The notes: generated by a model from the sequence alone, not told the origin. 64,000 nucleotides of DNA from an uncultured Gammaproteobacteria bacterium (GCA_964532415.1 CAZHHN010000003.1:3777-67776); one strand, 5' to 3'. Positions 36,452 to 47,227 are shown, counted from the stretch's first letter. A program made the numbers and translations.

Positions 36452-37327
36452 TCATGCGGTGAAGATTTCCCCGGGAAACCCGGGGGATTTCCGGACGCTG
36501 CGATCGGGGAAAAGCAGCAGGTAGTCGAAATCGAAATGCGGCAGCAGCGCTTCGGGCGCCGTGAAATACAGAGCGGTCGCCATGGCGTCGGCCAAGAGCG
36601 TCGTCCCGGCCACCGCCCAGACGGCTGCCAAATGCCGAGGCGATTCAAGCGTCCGCGGATCCATGATGTGGTGGAAGCGGCTCCAAGCGCGGCGATTGCC
36701 GGCCGATCCGCAAATGCTGCGGTTGGCGATCCCGGCCACGCCGATCGCCTTGGACGCGTCGGCCGGATCTTCCAAGCCGACCCGAAGCTCCGCGCCGGAC
36801 GGATCGCGTTCGCGGATGTCCCCGCCCGCGTCGATGCAATAAGATCGCACGCCCCGCGCCTCCAAAAGTTCGCCGATAAGATCGATCAGATACCCCTTGC
36901 CGAGCGCGCCGAAATCGAGCAGAGCCGGCTGCCTGAGCCGAAGTTTCGGATACGTATATTCAAGCGCATCCTCCCAGCGCGGAGGCGTTTTCAACCGGCC
37001 CGGCTGCAGCGAATACTCCGCATCGTACCCGGCATCCGAAAGTAGCTGCCCGATGAGCGGCGTCATGGCGCCGTTCGTCAAATCGTACAGCCGTCTGTAG
37101 AGATCGAGCATCGGCTTGGCGTCCGCGGGCAGATCGAATTCCTCCGCGCGCCGCGCCATCTCGGCCACGAGCGAATCTTCCCGGAAACGGGAGTAGTGCC
37201 GGTCGAAAACGCCGATGCGATCCGAAACGAGACGAAGGAGAAGCTCCTTCGTCTCGTCGGCCAGCGTTTCCCGGATGTCGATCTGCCATCGCGTGCCGAT
37301 GGCTTCGAAGGCCAGGGACGTCCCCAT
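36452..37327 (-). CDS. apbE: FAD:protein FMN transferase
   Basis: AIGT, LDFGALGKGY, DAGGDI, HHIMDPRT, ADAMATA. Confidence 0.92.
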   Translation of the reverse strand: MGTSLAFEAIGTRWQIDIRETLADETKELLLRLVSDRIGVFDRHYSRFREDSLVAEMARRAEEFDLPADAKPMLDLYRRLYDLTNGAMTPLIGQLLSDAGYDAEYSLQPGRLKTPPRWEDALEYTYPKLRLRQPALLDFGALGKGYLIDLIGELLEARGVRSYCIDAGGDIRERDPSGAELRVGLEDPADASKAIGVAGIANRSICGSAGNRRAWSRFHHIMDPRTLESPRHLAAVWAVAGTTLLADAMATALYFTAPEALLPHFDFDYLLLFPDRSVRKSPGFPGEIFTA

Positions 37328-37331
37328 GCCT

Positions 37332-37853
37332 TCAGGCCCTGGCCTGCGCCTTGATCTTGGCGACGGCGTCGTTGAAACCCATCGGGGTGCGCGAGGAGCC
37401 GGAGACCTTTCCCAGATTGAGTTCGTCGAGGTTCTTGCCGATGACAAGCGGCTTGTAGTTATCGGCGAACATCTTCATGAAGTTGCCGGAGATGGCGACT
37501 TTCGGGGTTCCCACGAACTGGCTGTCGACGACGACACCGTTCTTGAGCGTCAGCGTGACGGTCACCTCCTCGGAGCCGCTGTGATAGGTGTAGTCCCCCT
37601 TGGCGGTGTAGGTGCCGTCCCTGTAGGACGATTTCCCGTCGGGCGGCATGGTGGCGGGAGTCGGCGGCTCGGGCGGCGGCGTGGACGGCGCGGGAGTCGG
37701 CACGACCTGAACGTCGACCTTGGCGCCGGTATCGGTTTGAACGCTCACGGGCGGCTGCTGGGTGCAGCCGGCGCCGAGCGCGATCAGCGTAGCGGCGGCT
37801 CCGATCAAGCCAGTCATGAACAAGGAGGCACGTTTCGTTTCGTGTTGCGGCAT
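37332..37853 (-). CDS. FMN-binding-domain lipoprotein (probable ApbE substrate)
   Basis: LGAGC lipobox, Pro-rich linker, YRDGTYT, VSGSSRT flavinylation-type motif. Confidence 0.82.
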   Translation of the reverse strand: MPQHETKRASLFMTGLIGAAATLIALGAGCTQQPPVSVQTDTGAKVDVQVVPTPAPSTPPPEPPTPATMPPDGKSSYRDGTYTAKGDYTYHSGSEEVTVTLTLKNGVVVDSQFVGTPKVAISGNFMKMFADNYKPLVIGKNLDELNLGKVSGSSRTPMGFNDAVAKIKAQARA

Positions 37854-37877
37854 AGAAAATGAGGTAATGATCATTGA

Positions 37878-37906
37878 ATTTTAATACCGGCGACAGGAGC
37901 TGTCAA
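37878..37906 (-). promoter_or_regulatory. Sigma70-type promoter
   Basis: TTGACA-17 nt-TAAAAT. Confidence 0.7.
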
Positions 37907-37998
37907 ACCGCCAAGCGATCCGAGATAATACGATGCTGCGCGCGTCTTTGGTGCATCATGCGTGGTCCATCAAAAAAGACCGCCCAGCGCCTGAACGG

Positions 37999-38946
37999 TC
38001 AATCGTCCCAGTCTCCCCCGCCCGTCCATGCCTGCACCTGACCGACTCTCTCAGCTTCACCATGCAACCAGCGCTGTCCGGTAACCACATCAATGATCTC
38101 GGAACGCGCCCCGCGCCTCACTTCGAATCGCATATTGTTCGGATGGTGACGCCCGTGGAGAGAGATCCAGTCGAAGCCCTCATCCGGCGTGCAGATGCCG
38201 TCTGCGCGACGAACAATGTACCAATTTTCTCCCTTCATCGCGATCGAAAACGGATGCCGCAACCGATCGTCCAAATCGTCGTAGACGCCGTTTCCAATAC
38301 GCCGACCTCCGGTATCGACCAGCATCCAGCCCTCCGACATCCGAACCCAGGCGCGCTGCGCATAGAAATCCAGAGCCTCCAGGCACGTTCCGCTCCAAGC
38401 CTGCTCGCCTGCCGGCGTCAGGAACAGGAACTGATCGGCTGTCTGGATCAAGGCAAGACCATCGGAAAAATCGTAGGCTTCGGTAATTCCGGGCGGCCCG
38501 ATCAGCTCTCCGGCGGCATTCAGAAGGCGCCAATGCCCCATCTCGAATGTGCTGCCCAGTCGGCGTACCCAACGGACCTCTCCGTAGGCACGATGGGCAA
38601 TCTCTGAGAATTCGCCGAGCACTTTGCCGTCGGGCAGAATCGCCGTACCGCCCCGGTCATCCTTGTCCAGCGGACCGGCCCAAACGATCCCGCCCGGTCC
38701 ATCCTCATGCTTTTTCCGGTGGCCTTTGAGAAACGCATCGCCGATCTTCACGCCACACACGTCAATGAGCCAGTTTGAGCCGCTCCATGGTTCTTCAACC
38801 TCGGCAACGAGCGGTTTCTCGCAGACCCAGATCCAGCTGTACGGTTGGCCGATCTGCGTTCCTTTGGCATCAAGGTGATGCCACCAGCGGCCGCGCCTGA
38901 CGAATCGAGTCGTGCCGAACGGCACATCTTCTTCATTCCGATTCAT
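37999..38946 (-). CDS. WG-repeat-like beta protein
   Basis: Repeated W.L.D..G..IG; AYDFSDGLA. Confidence 0.65.
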   Translation of the reverse strand: MNRNEEDVPFGTTRFVRRGRWWHHLDAKGTQIGQPYSWIWVCEKPLVAEVEEPWSGSNWLIDVCGVKIGDAFLKGHRKKHEDGPGGIVWAGPLDKDDRGGTAILPDGKVLGEFSEIAHRAYGEVRWVRRLGSTFEMGHWRLLNAAGELIGPPGITEAYDFSDGLALIQTADQFLFLTPAGEQAWSGTCLEALDFYAQRAWVRMSEGWMLVDTGGRRIGNGVYDDLDDRLRHPFSIAMKGENWYIVRRADGICTPDEGFDWISLHGRHHPNNMRFEVRRGARSEIIDVVTGQRWLHGEAERVGQVQAWTGGGDWDD

Positions 38947-39046
38947 GAAAAGATCCGCCTTTCTGGAGACAGCACAAACCTAGCAGAAACCGCCGTCCGA
39001 GGCAAGGTTGGTGGAACAAAAAACGGGGTTGCGCCCCGTTTGTCTT

Positions 39047-39310
39047 TCATTTTGCGGTCGCCCAGCTTTTGAGCTTCTCGTAATCGACCGCGCCGCAGAT
39101 TTTCGCTCCGGTCTCCTCGTTCACGAAGAACGGCACGCCGCCGCAGGCCCCGCCTGCGTCTTTTTCGGCACGTAGCTTTTCGTTGGCCTCGTCGTGCCAC
39201 GTTTCGAATTTCTTCACTTCAACGCCGAGCTCCTTCTCCAGCTGTTCGATCAAGGGGGCCATCCGGACGCAATGCGGGCATTCCTTGCCGTAGAATTCAA
39301 GCAGGGCCAT
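39047..39310 (-). CDS. Thioredoxin/glutaredoxin-like protein
   Basis: FYGKECPHC, CGGVPFF. Confidence 0.88.
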   Translation of the reverse strand: MALLEFYGKECPHCVRMAPLIEQLEKELGVEVKKFETWHDEANEKLRAEKDAGGACGGVPFFVNEETGAKICGAVDYEKLKSWATAK

Positions 39311-39439
39311 GAGCGTCGTTTATGAATCAAGACTGGCCTGAATGTACCACGCATGGCCGGGACGTTCCAACCGCGTCGGCCATTGGACAGGGCCGCGCGG
39401 CACCGATAGAGTGAAGGCAGGCCCACCAGGAGATGTCAG

Positions 39440-39892
39440 ATGACCGAGGAGTCCCTTCAACACCCGACGATCGCCGAAGCAAGCAGCAAAGGCGCCTTCA
39501 TCATGAGCTCGCTCTTTTCGATCTTCCATCTCGCCATGATGGGAGATGCCTTCTGGAACGGGGGTCCCGCGCCGCCGCGCGAAATGATCGCCATGCATTC
39601 GGCCCTGGTCGGGCTGCTGTATGTCGTACCCAAGGAATTGGCGCGCTGGACCAACGGCCCCAAATTTCTCTCGAGCCGTCCGGGCCATGCGCTGGTCTGG
39701 ATGTGGATCGCGGCCTTCACGGGCATGTGCGGCATCCAGCACTTCGGCCGGGAAGCGCATACGTTGCCCGACGGCATGCTCAAAATGACGCTCATCCTGG
39801 CGGGCACGCTCACCGCCACGGCCGTCTCCAAAGCGATCCAGGCACGCAAGGCTCACGCCGCCAAGCCCCCTTTCGAAAAGACGTCCCCCTGA
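39440..39892 (+). CDS. Hypothetical four-TM membrane protein
   Basis: AGGAG upstream; four hydrophobic segments; RPG motif. Confidence 0.62.
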   Translation: MTEESLQHPTIAEASSKGAFIMSSLFSIFHLAMMGDAFWNGGPAPPREMIAMHSALVGLLYVVPKELARWTNGPKFLSSRPGHALVWMWIAAFTGMCGIQHFGREAHTLPDGMLKMTLILAGTLTATAVSKAIQARKAHAAKPPFEKTSP

Positions 39893-39904
39893 CAGGGACG
39901 CTTT

Positions 39905-41053
39905 TTATGACCGGGCCGCCGGCAGCCTGACGGTGAAGACAGTCGGCGCGCCGGGAGCGCTCTCGAAAGAGATCGCGCCGCTCATGCCTTCGACCAGGCG
40001 CTTGGTGATGAACAGCCCCAGCCCGCTGCCTTCGATGCCGGTGACGTTCTTGGAGCGCCAGAATTTCTCGAAGAGATGGCCCTGTTCTTCGGGCGGGATG
40101 CCGGGACCGTCGTCGATCACGTCGTAGCGCAGGTACGGGTCTTCCCGGCCGATTTTAACGGTGACGTGTCCGCCGACCCGGTTGTATTTGACGGCGTTGG
40201 CGATCAGGTTGACCAGCACTTCGTTGACGCGGCGTCCGTCGGCCAGCGCAATGGCGATCAGCGCCTCGGGCGCCTCGACCCGTATGTCGATCCGCTTTTT
40301 CTGGGCGATCGATGCGACCTGCTGGATGGCCGTCTGGGCCGCCTCGATCAGATTGACAAACTCCTTCTTGAACGGAATGCGCTTGGCGTCGAGCCGGGCC
40401 ATGTTGAGGAGATCTTCAACGAGCGTTCCCAGGCTCCTGCCGGCGTTCATGGCATCTTCAAAAGCCTGATGGATTTCGGGGGACATTTTCCGGTCGGCCA
40501 CCGATTCCAGGCTCCAGCGGATCGAGGTGACCGGGGTGCGCAGTTCGTGCGCGGCCACGAACAGGAATTCGTCCTTGAGGCGCAGCACTTCATTTTGGCG
40601 TTCGAGTTCCTTCCGCTGGGCGGCCTCCAGGTCGCGGGTGCGTTCACGGACCTTGTTTTCAAGCGACTGGCGTTCGGCTTTGATCGTCGCCGCCATCGAA
40701 GCGAAGCGGTCGGCGAGGACTTCGAGCTCGTCGCCCGTTTTGACCTGCAGCCGCACGTCCAGGTTGCCGCGCATGATCTCCTCGGTCCCCTTCGTCAGGA
40801 TCGAGACGGGATTAAAGATGCGGGTGATGATCATGTAGGTCAGATAACCGGCCAGGACGAGCGTCGAGATGAGCACGACCGCGACCAGATACTGATGCCG
40901 CAGGTTGATGGCGCGCAGGAACGACTGCTCGTCGAGCAGGAAATTCGTGACGAGGCTGTAGGCCAACAGCATCAAAAGCTCGAAGAAGATGACCATGGCG
41001 GCCACCTTGAGCCCGACGTTCAGCCTGAATTTCAGGAACCTCCGCGCGCCCAT
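39905..41053 (-). CDS. HAMP-domain sensor histidine kinase
   Basis: Two TM, HAMP, AHELRTP, NLIANAVKY, DDGPGI, GSGLGL. Confidence 0.93.
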   Translation of the reverse strand: MGARRFLKFRLNVGLKVAAMVIFFELLMLLAYSLVTNFLLDEQSFLRAINLRHQYLVAVVLISTLVLAGYLTYMIITRIFNPVSILTKGTEEIMRGNLDVRLQVKTGDELEVLADRFASMAATIKAERQSLENKVRERTRDLEAAQRKELERQNEVLRLKDEFLFVAAHELRTPVTSIRWSLESVADRKMSPEIHQAFEDAMNAGRSLGTLVEDLLNMARLDAKRIPFKKEFVNLIEAAQTAIQQVASIAQKKRIDIRVEAPEALIAIALADGRRVNEVLVNLIANAVKYNRVGGHVTVKIGREDPYLRYDVIDDGPGIPPEEQGHLFEKFWRSKNVTGIEGSGLGLFITKRLVEGMSGAISFESAPGAPTVFTVRLPAARS

Positions 41054-41091
41054 ACTCCATCACTATACACTTTCGGCGGAAGCTTGGCAGC

Positions 41092-42486
41092 TCAATGAAG
41101 CTCGCGGATATCGAAAGGGGCGTCCGTCGACGGATCGCCGGCGATCGCCAGACGATCGCCGGGCGCGAGCAGCCGTTCGGTTGTGAGCCGCCCGATCGCG
41201 CGATCGCGATACACCGCCGCGTCACCGGAAGGTTCGAGCAGGAACGGCCGGATACCCCATGACACGCTAAGCTGCCGGCACGCACGCGCGTCGGCGACGG
41301 CCGCGTAGACGGGCCGTTCGGTCCGGGCCTGACTGAGGCGCGATGCGGCTTCGACGGAAAGGGCCAGAAACGCCTTGATCCGCGGATCGCGGGCGAGCAC
41401 CTCGGCTACGGCACCTTCCGGGCCGACGTCATCGTAAGCGGAGCGCTCGGTCTCGCGGATGACCTCCGCCATGACCGCCGCGGCCGCGACGGGATGCCGG
41501 CCGCCGGCCGTTTCGCCCGAGAGCATGACGGCGTCGGCGTGATCGATGACGGCGTTGGCCACGTCCGACACTTCGGCGCGGGTCGGGCGCGGATTGCGGA
41601 TCATCGAATCGAGCATCTGGGTGGCGACGATGACCGGCTTGCCGGCCGCGCGGCAGGCGGCGATCAGGTCCTTCTGGATGACCGGCACGCGCGCGGCCAC
41701 CATTTCGATGCCGAGATCGCCGCGGGCGACCATGATGGCGTCGACGGCCTCGAGAATCTCCGTGATCGCTCCAACCGCTTCGGCCTTCTCGATCTTGGCG
41801 ATCGTGCGGATCGCCGTCGCCGGTCGGTCGGCGCCGAGCGCCCGTTCATGTTCTTCGATCAGTTCACGCAGCTCATGCGCCTCCCGGCCCGTGCGGACGA
41901 ACGAAAGCGCCACCCAATCGACCCGCTGCGCCACGCCAAATGCCAGATCGGCTTTGTCCTTTTCGGTGATGGGAGAGACGCCGAGGCGGGATTCCGGGAA
42001 GTTCACGCCTTTATGCGACGTGAGCGTTCCTCCGTCCACGACTTCGCAGACGACATCGCGGCCTTCGACGCTTAAAATCTTGGCGGAAAGCAGGCCGTCA
42101 TCGAGCAAAATGCGTTCGCCGGGTTTCACGTCCTGCGACAGCCGGTCATAGGTCACGTGCAGCCGCCGTGTCGCGGGATCGCCCGCATCGGCCGTGAAAA
42201 CGACGCGCGCACCCGCCTCCAATGTGACGCCGGCGTCGGGCAGGACGCCGACGCGGATTTTCGGACCTTGGAGATCCTGCAGGATGGCCACCTGGCGACC
42301 GGCAGCGTCGGCGGCCGAACGGATCCGGCGGATCAATTCGGCGTGCTCGTCGTAGGTACCGTGCGAAAAATTCAGCCGGGCGACGTCCATCCCGGCTTCG
42401 ATCAACGCGGCGATCGTTTCACTGGAAGCGGAGGCCGGCCCGATCGTGCAGACGATCTTGGTGCGCTTGGCGTCGAAAGAAAGCAT
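41092..42486 (-). CDS. pyk: Pyruvate kinase
   Basis: RTKIVCTIGPAS, RLNFSHG, DLQGPKIR, MVARGDLG, ATQMLDSM, MLSGETA. Confidence 0.96.
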   Translation of the reverse strand: MLSFDAKRTKIVCTIGPASASSETIAALIEAGMDVARLNFSHGTYDEHAELIRRIRSAADAAGRQVAILQDLQGPKIRVGVLPDAGVTLEAGARVVFTADAGDPATRRLHVTYDRLSQDVKPGERILLDDGLLSAKILSVEGRDVVCEVVDGGTLTSHKGVNFPESRLGVSPITEKDKADLAFGVAQRVDWVALSFVRTGREAHELRELIEEHERALGADRPATAIRTIAKIEKAEAVGAITEILEAVDAIMVARGDLGIEMVAARVPVIQKDLIAACRAAGKPVIVATQMLDSMIRNPRPTRAEVSDVANAVIDHADAVMLSGETAGGRHPVAAAAVMAEVIRETERSAYDDVGPEGAVAEVLARDPRIKAFLALSVEAASRLSQARTERPVYAAVADARACRQLSVSWGIRPFLLEPSGDAAVYRDRAIGRLTTERLLAPGDRLAIAGDPSTDAPFDIRELH

Positions 42487-42496
42487 GGTGCGCGGA

Positions 42497-43729
42497 TTAC
42501 GGAGCCGCCGGCAATTCTTCCAACAGGACCTGCGCGGTGTGGCGCGCCTTGTCGCGCAGGTAGACGACGGTGACGCCCTGTCCGGCCCGCTTCTTGGCCA
42601 CAAGGCTGGAGAGCGCATGTGCGTCGTCGATCGGCACGCCGTCGACCTCGAGCAGCACGTCACCGGCTTTGAGACCGGCCTTGTCGGCCGGGGAATTCCT
42701 GACGACGGCCGGACCGCCATCACCGGCAGCGATCAGCGCGCCGGCCGAAACGTCCAGACCGCCCGCCTTGGCCGACTCGGGCGTCAGCATCACGTAGCGC
42801 ACGCCCAGCCACGGTCGGACGATGCGTCCCTGGGATTTGACGCTGTCAATCACGACCTTGGCGGCATCGATCGGGATGGCGAAACCGATCGACTGGCCGG
42901 AGCGGTTGACCGCCGTGTTCATTCCGATCACCTTGCCGTTCAAATCGATGAGCGGTCCTCCGGAATTGCCGGGATTGATGGCAGCATCGGTCTGGAGCGC
43001 TTCTTCGAGCACCTCGGACGTTCCGGCGCCGTCGCCGGCCACCACGTGGCGGTTGATGCCGGAGATGACGCCTTTCGTGACGGTGTTGCGGTATTCGGAG
43101 AGCGCGTTGCCGATGGCGATGACCGTCTCTCCCGCCTCGAGCGTGTCGGAATCGCCGAGCGTCGGCACGGGAAGATTGGTGGCATCGATCCTGAGGACGG
43201 CGACATCGAGGATCGAATCGGTCGCGAGGACTTTGGCGGCATACGATTTGCCGTCGTTCATCACCACCTGATACTCGGCGTCGGCATCGGCCACCACGTG
43301 GCGGTTGGTCAGGATCAACCCGTCCGAAGAGATGACGAAGCCCGTGCCGCCGCCGATGACTTCCTTCTGGCCCGGTTGGGCCGGCTGGCGCTGCAAATTT
43401 GGCGGCGCGATGCCAAAATACTCCTCGAACGGGAAGGCGCCCGTGGCGTTGTAGAGCCTTGAAACGTCCTTGGAAATGACGACGCTGACGACCGACGGCG
43501 AGACCTTGCGGACGGCCTCGATCACCTGGCGATCGTCCTGTGAAACGGGCCGCGGGGCCGTGGCCGCATCCGGCTGGCCGCGCCACGGATAATATTTTTG
43601 ATTGAGCGAGATCGCGAACAGCACGCCGAAGGCGGCGCCCGAAAAGCTTCCGAGCAGGAAACTTACGAGAATGGCATACGCGAGCGGTTTGCGCGTTTTT
43701 CCGGCAACGGCGACGGGCAGGTCCTCCAT
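42497..43729 (-). CDS. htrA: HtrA/DegP serine protease with PDZ domain
   Basis: TM, TNRHVV, QTDAAINPGNSGGPL, SPADKAGL. Confidence 0.93.
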   Translation of the reverse strand: MEDLPVAVAGKTRKPLAYAILVSFLLGSFSGAAFGVLFAISLNQKYYPWRGQPDAATAPRPVSQDDRQVIEAVRKVSPSVVSVVISKDVSRLYNATGAFPFEEYFGIAPPNLQRQPAQPGQKEVIGGGTGFVISSDGLILTNRHVVADADAEYQVVMNDGKSYAAKVLATDSILDVAVLRIDATNLPVPTLGDSDTLEAGETVIAIGNALSEYRNTVTKGVISGINRHVVAGDGAGTSEVLEEALQTDAAINPGNSGGPLIDLNGKVIGMNTAVNRSGQSIGFAIPIDAAKVVIDSVKSQGRIVRPWLGVRYVMLTPESAKAGGLDVSAGALIAAGDGGPAVVRNSPADKAGLKAGDVLLEVDGVPIDDAHALSSLVAKKRAGQGVTVVYLRDKARHTAQVLLEELPAAP

Positions 43730-43737
43730 AGCGGCGT

Positions 43738-44253
43738 TCAAAGTTTTTTCTTGGCAAGGCGTTCCCTGCGACGCGGGCGCGCCACAGGCTTGGCCGGCCG
43801 GGTGGAGGACGTGAGATGCGCCAGCGCTTCCTGAAACGTCCTGACGTCCTCAAAGGCGCGGTAGACCGAAGCGAAGCGGATATAGGCCACCGTATCGACG
43901 TGTTTCAGGCGGTTCATGACGATCTCGCCGACCTCGCGGGTGGTCACCTCGCTTTTGCGGCGCTTCTGCAGGTCGCGTTCGACCTGATTGACCAGATCCT
44001 TGAAAGCCTCGGCGGTGATCGGACGCTTTTGCAGCGCCTTGCGCAGTCCGACTTCAAGCTTCTCGCGCATATAGGCCTCACGGCGTCCATCGCGCTTGAC
44101 GACCGTCAGGTCAAGGATTTCGCTCTCCTCCACCGTCGAAAAACGGAAATGGCATTTCAGGCACTGGCGGCGCCGGCGGATGCTCATCCCTCCCTGCGAA
44201 AGGCGCGAGTCGACGACCTTGGTGTCCTTATGGTTGCAGGCGGCGCACCTCAC
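43738..44253 (-). CDS. nrdR: Transcriptional repressor NrdR
   Basis: Cxx[29 protein letters not shown]. Confidence 0.96.
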   Translation of the reverse strand: MRCAACNHKDTKVVDSRLSQGGMSIRRRRQCLKCHFRFSTVEESEILDLTVVKRDGRREAYMREKLEVGLRKALQKRPITAEAFKDLVNQVERDLQKRRKSEVTTREVGEIVMNRLKHVDTVAYIRFASVYRAFEDVRTFQEALAHLTSSTRPAKPVARPRRRERLAKKKL

Positions 44254-45494
44254 AGCATCTTCTTGCGGATGAAGGCCGGGATGTCGAGCTCCTCCTCTTC
44301 CGCCCGCGGTTGGACCGGCGCCGTCGCGGCCGGACGGAAGCGCTGCGGCTCGGTGTCGATCGATTTGACGCGCTTCGGCAGAACCGGAGCTTTGGACGCT
44401 TCGAACGCGTCGCGCTCGGCCGGTTCGTCCTGATGTTCCTGTTTCGCTTCGGTCGGACGGGCAAACGGCGCGCTCCGGGGCGACGAAACGGCGCCGGCCG
44501 ACAGGATGCTCTTCATCGAAGCGCTCATCTGCGAACGCTCCTGCCCGTCAAAGCCGGTCGCCACGACCGTCACCTTGATTTCGTCTTTCATCGTTTCGTC
44601 GATCACGGTGCCGAAGATGACCGTGGCGCCTTCGTCGGCCTTTTCGGTCACGACCTTGGCGGCTTCGGCGACCTCGAGCATGCCCAGATTCGGTCCGCCG
44701 GTGACGTTCATCAGGATGCCGCGGGCGCCCTCGATCGAAACTTCCAGGAGCGGGCTGGCGATCGCCTGCTTGGCGGCGGCGGCGGCACGACTTTCTCCGG
44801 ACGCCCGGCCGATGCCCATGAGCGCCGAGCCCTGGCCGTGCATGATTTTCTTGACGTCGGCGAAGTCGACGTTGACCAAGCCGGGCACGGTGATGAGTTC
44901 GCTGATGCCCTGCACGCCCTGACGCAGCACGTCGTCGACAATCTTGAAGGCATCCAGCAGCGAGGTGCTCTTGTCGATCAGGCCGAGCACACGGTCGTTC
45001 GGAATGGTGACGATCGTGTCGAGCTGTTCTTTGAGATTGCGATAGCCGGTCTCGGCGATCTCGCGGCGCTTGGCGCCCTCGAAGCCGAAAGGCCGCGTGA
45101 CGACGGCGACCGTCAGCGCGCCGAGGTCACGGGCGATCTGCGCCACGATCGGCGCCGCGCCGGTGCCGGTGCCGCCGCCCAAGCCGCAGGTCACGAAGAC
45201 CATGTCGGCGTCCTTGAGCGCTTCGCGCAACTCGTTGGCGCTTTCTTCGGCCGCGTGCTTGCCGACTTCCGGGTCCATGCCGGCGCCGAGGCCGCGCGTG
45301 ACGGTTTTGCCGATGTGGATTTTCACCGGCGCGTGCGAATGATGAAGCGCCTGCACGTCGGTGTTGACCGCGATGAACTCGACCCCCCGGATTTTGGAGA
45401 GGATCATGCGGTTGATCGCCGAGTTGCCGGAGCCGCCGACGCCCACGACTTTGATTTTGGCGAACGTTTCGACGGCCGGTTTCACTTCGCCCAT
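44250..45494 (-). CDS. ftsZ: Cell division protein FtsZ
   Basis: GGGTGTG, NVDFADV, C-terminal LDIPAFIR. Confidence 0.98.
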   Translation of the reverse strand: MGEVKPAVETFAKIKVVGVGGSGNSAINRMILSKIRGVEFIAVNTDVQALHHSHAPVKIHIGKTVTRGLGAGMDPEVGKHAAEESANELREALKDADMVFVTCGLGGGTGTGAAPIVAQIARDLGALTVAVVTRPFGFEGAKRREIAETGYRNLKEQLDTIVTIPNDRVLGLIDKSTSLLDAFKIVDDVLRQGVQGISELITVPGLVNVDFADVKKIMHGQGSALMGIGRASGESRAAAAAKQAIASPLLEVSIEGARGILMNVTGGPNLGMLEVAEAAKVVTEKADEGATVIFGTVIDETMKDEIKVTVVATGFDGQERSQMSASMKSILSAGAVSSPRSAPFARPTEAKQEHQDEPAERDAFEASKAPVLPKRVKSIDTEPQRFRPAATAPVQPRAEEEELDIPAFIRKKML

Positions 45495-45602
45495 AGGTGA
45501 TGAATTCCGTTTAGCGCTTTAAAGCTTTCATCCACCGTACAAAAAAAAGAAAACCGTATCAAGGGTTTTTGAACATAAAAATTGTTCAATTTATGCCCAC
45601 GT

Positions 45603-46853
45603 TCAGGGCAGCAGCGAACGCAGCAATTTTTTGAGCTTGCCGGCGACCTGAAGCTGTCCGAGCTTGCCGCCCTGAGCCCGCGCCGTTTCCGACACATGAT
45701 GACCCCAGAGCACCAGCCCGACCGCCGTCGAAAAAGCGATGTCGTTGGTGCGGTCCGTGATGCTTGAAACGTTGACTGGATAGCCGAGCGCGGCCGGCAG
45801 CCGCAGCTGCGTCTTGGCCATGTCGACCAGGCCGTTCAGCTTGGCTCCCCCGCCGGTCAGGATGACGCCGGCCGGCAGCCGCCCGCTGCGATCGATCCTT
45901 TTCAGCTCCTTGTCGATCCTCGAAAAAATTTCCTCGATGCGTGCCTCGATGATTTCGGCGACGAACTTTTTGCTGACGACCTCGTCTTCCTCCGCACCCA
46001 GGTCGGCCAGACGAATGTCTTCCTTCCTGACATCGCGGGTCGAGGCGATGCCGTGTTCGATCTTGACGCGTTCGGCGACGTCGATTGAAGTGCGCAGCCC
46101 GATAGCCACGTCGGAGGTGATATGCTCGCTGCCGATCGGCAGGACGACCGTACGGAGCACGTCGCCTTCTTCATACACGGCCAGCGAAGTCGTTGACGCG
46201 CCAATCGAAACGACCGCCACGCCCAGGTCCTTTTGACGCGGGCTGGCGACCGCCTCGGCGGCGGCGAGGATGCCGAGCACGACGTCGTCGATTTCGATGC
46301 CGGTGCGATAGACGCACTTCGACAGGTTCTTGAGCTGGGAAGAGAGGCTCTGGATGATCTGGGCGTCGACCTCCAGGCGGATGCCGGTCATGCCGACCGG
46401 ATCCTTGATGCCCGACTGCCCGTCGACGATGAAGCTTTTGGGCAGCACGTGCAGGATCTCGTAATTGAGCGGCGTCGCCACGGTCCGGGCGGCCTCGAGC
46501 GCGCGTTCGACGTCCTCTTCCCGGATTTCGCCGTCGGAACGGGAGACCGCCACCACGCCTTTGGATTCCTGGGACACGACATGGCTGCCGGAAATGCCGA
46601 TGAAGGCCCGGTCAATCTGGACGCCCGTCATCCGCTCGACCTTTTCAAGGCAGGTGGAAACGGACGAGATGGCGTCTTCGATCGAAGTAATGATGCCCTT
46701 GCTGACGCCGGCGGAAGGCGTTTCGGCGGCCCCGATGATCTGGATCGATTCGCGACCGGATCCTGGGGCGGAACGCTGGCCGACGACAGCACGCACCGAC
46801 GAAGAGCCGATGTCGAGTCCGGTGATAATGTCACTCTGGGTGGATTTCGCCAT
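45603..46853 (-). CDS. ftsA: Cell division protein FtsA
   Basis: GLDIGSS, DPVGMTGIRLE, AERVKIEHG, LTGGGAKL. Confidence 0.96.
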   Translation of the reverse strand: MAKSTQSDIITGLDIGSSSVRAVVGQRSAPGSGRESIQIIGAAETPSAGVSKGIITSIEDAISSVSTCLEKVERMTGVQIDRAFIGISGSHVVSQESKGVVAVSRSDGEIREEDVERALEAARTVATPLNYEILHVLPKSFIVDGQSGIKDPVGMTGIRLEVDAQIIQSLSSQLKNLSKCVYRTGIEIDDVVLGILAAAEAVASPRQKDLGVAVVSIGASTTSLAVYEEGDVLRTVVLPIGSEHITSDVAIGLRTSIDVAERVKIEHGIASTRDVRKEDIRLADLGAEEDEVVSKKFVAEIIEARIEEIFSRIDKELKRIDRSGRLPAGVILTGGGAKLNGLVDMAKTQLRLPAALGYPVNVSSITDRTNDIAFSTAVGLVLWGHHVSETARAQGGKLGQLQVAGKLKKLLRSLLP

Positions 46854-46858
46854 GAAAG

Positions 46859-47227
46859 TCACGTGAACGCGGAAAAGACGTGCGGCCAGAACACCAAGAT
46901 GCCCACGATGGCGGCGCCGACGGAACTGACCAAGACCGCGGCGGCCATCATGTCCTTGATCTGCTCCGCGTAGGCATGCATGCGCGGCTTGAAGAGATCG
47001 ACCAGCCGCTCGACCGCGCCGTTTAGCAATTCTAGCACGAGCGTGAAGGCCGCGACAACGACAAGAAGCGCCGTTTCGCCGCGTGACAGGCGGAAGACGG
47101 CGATCAGGACCGCGAGCAGCGCCGCGGCCATGAGCTGGATACGAAAACTCTGCTCCTCGCGGGCCAGCGTGGCGATGCCGTTCCAGGCGAAGCGCAGGCT
47201 GCGGAAAAAACGGCGGATATCAAGCAT
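46859..47227 (-). CDS. dgkA: Diacylglycerol/undecaprenol kinase
   Basis: SLRFAWNG, LELLNGAVE, IKDMMAAAV. Confidence 0.9.
   Translation of the reverse strand: MLDIRRFFRSLRFAWNGIATLAREEQSFRIQLMAAALLAVLIAVFRLSRGETALLVVVAAFTLVLELLNGAVERLVDLFKPRMHAYAEQIKDMMAAAVLVSSVGAAIVGILVFWPHVFSAFT

Noticed and set aside
39905-41053. Orphan histidine kinase as a novel system
   Set aside because: Canonical motifs; the partner regulator may simply lie elsewhere
42487-42723. N-terminal extensions of pyk (likewise apbE, sufS, sufC, infC, yqeY) in the ORF track
   Set aside because: They overlap upstream genes or promoters; conserved domains begin at downstream ATGs
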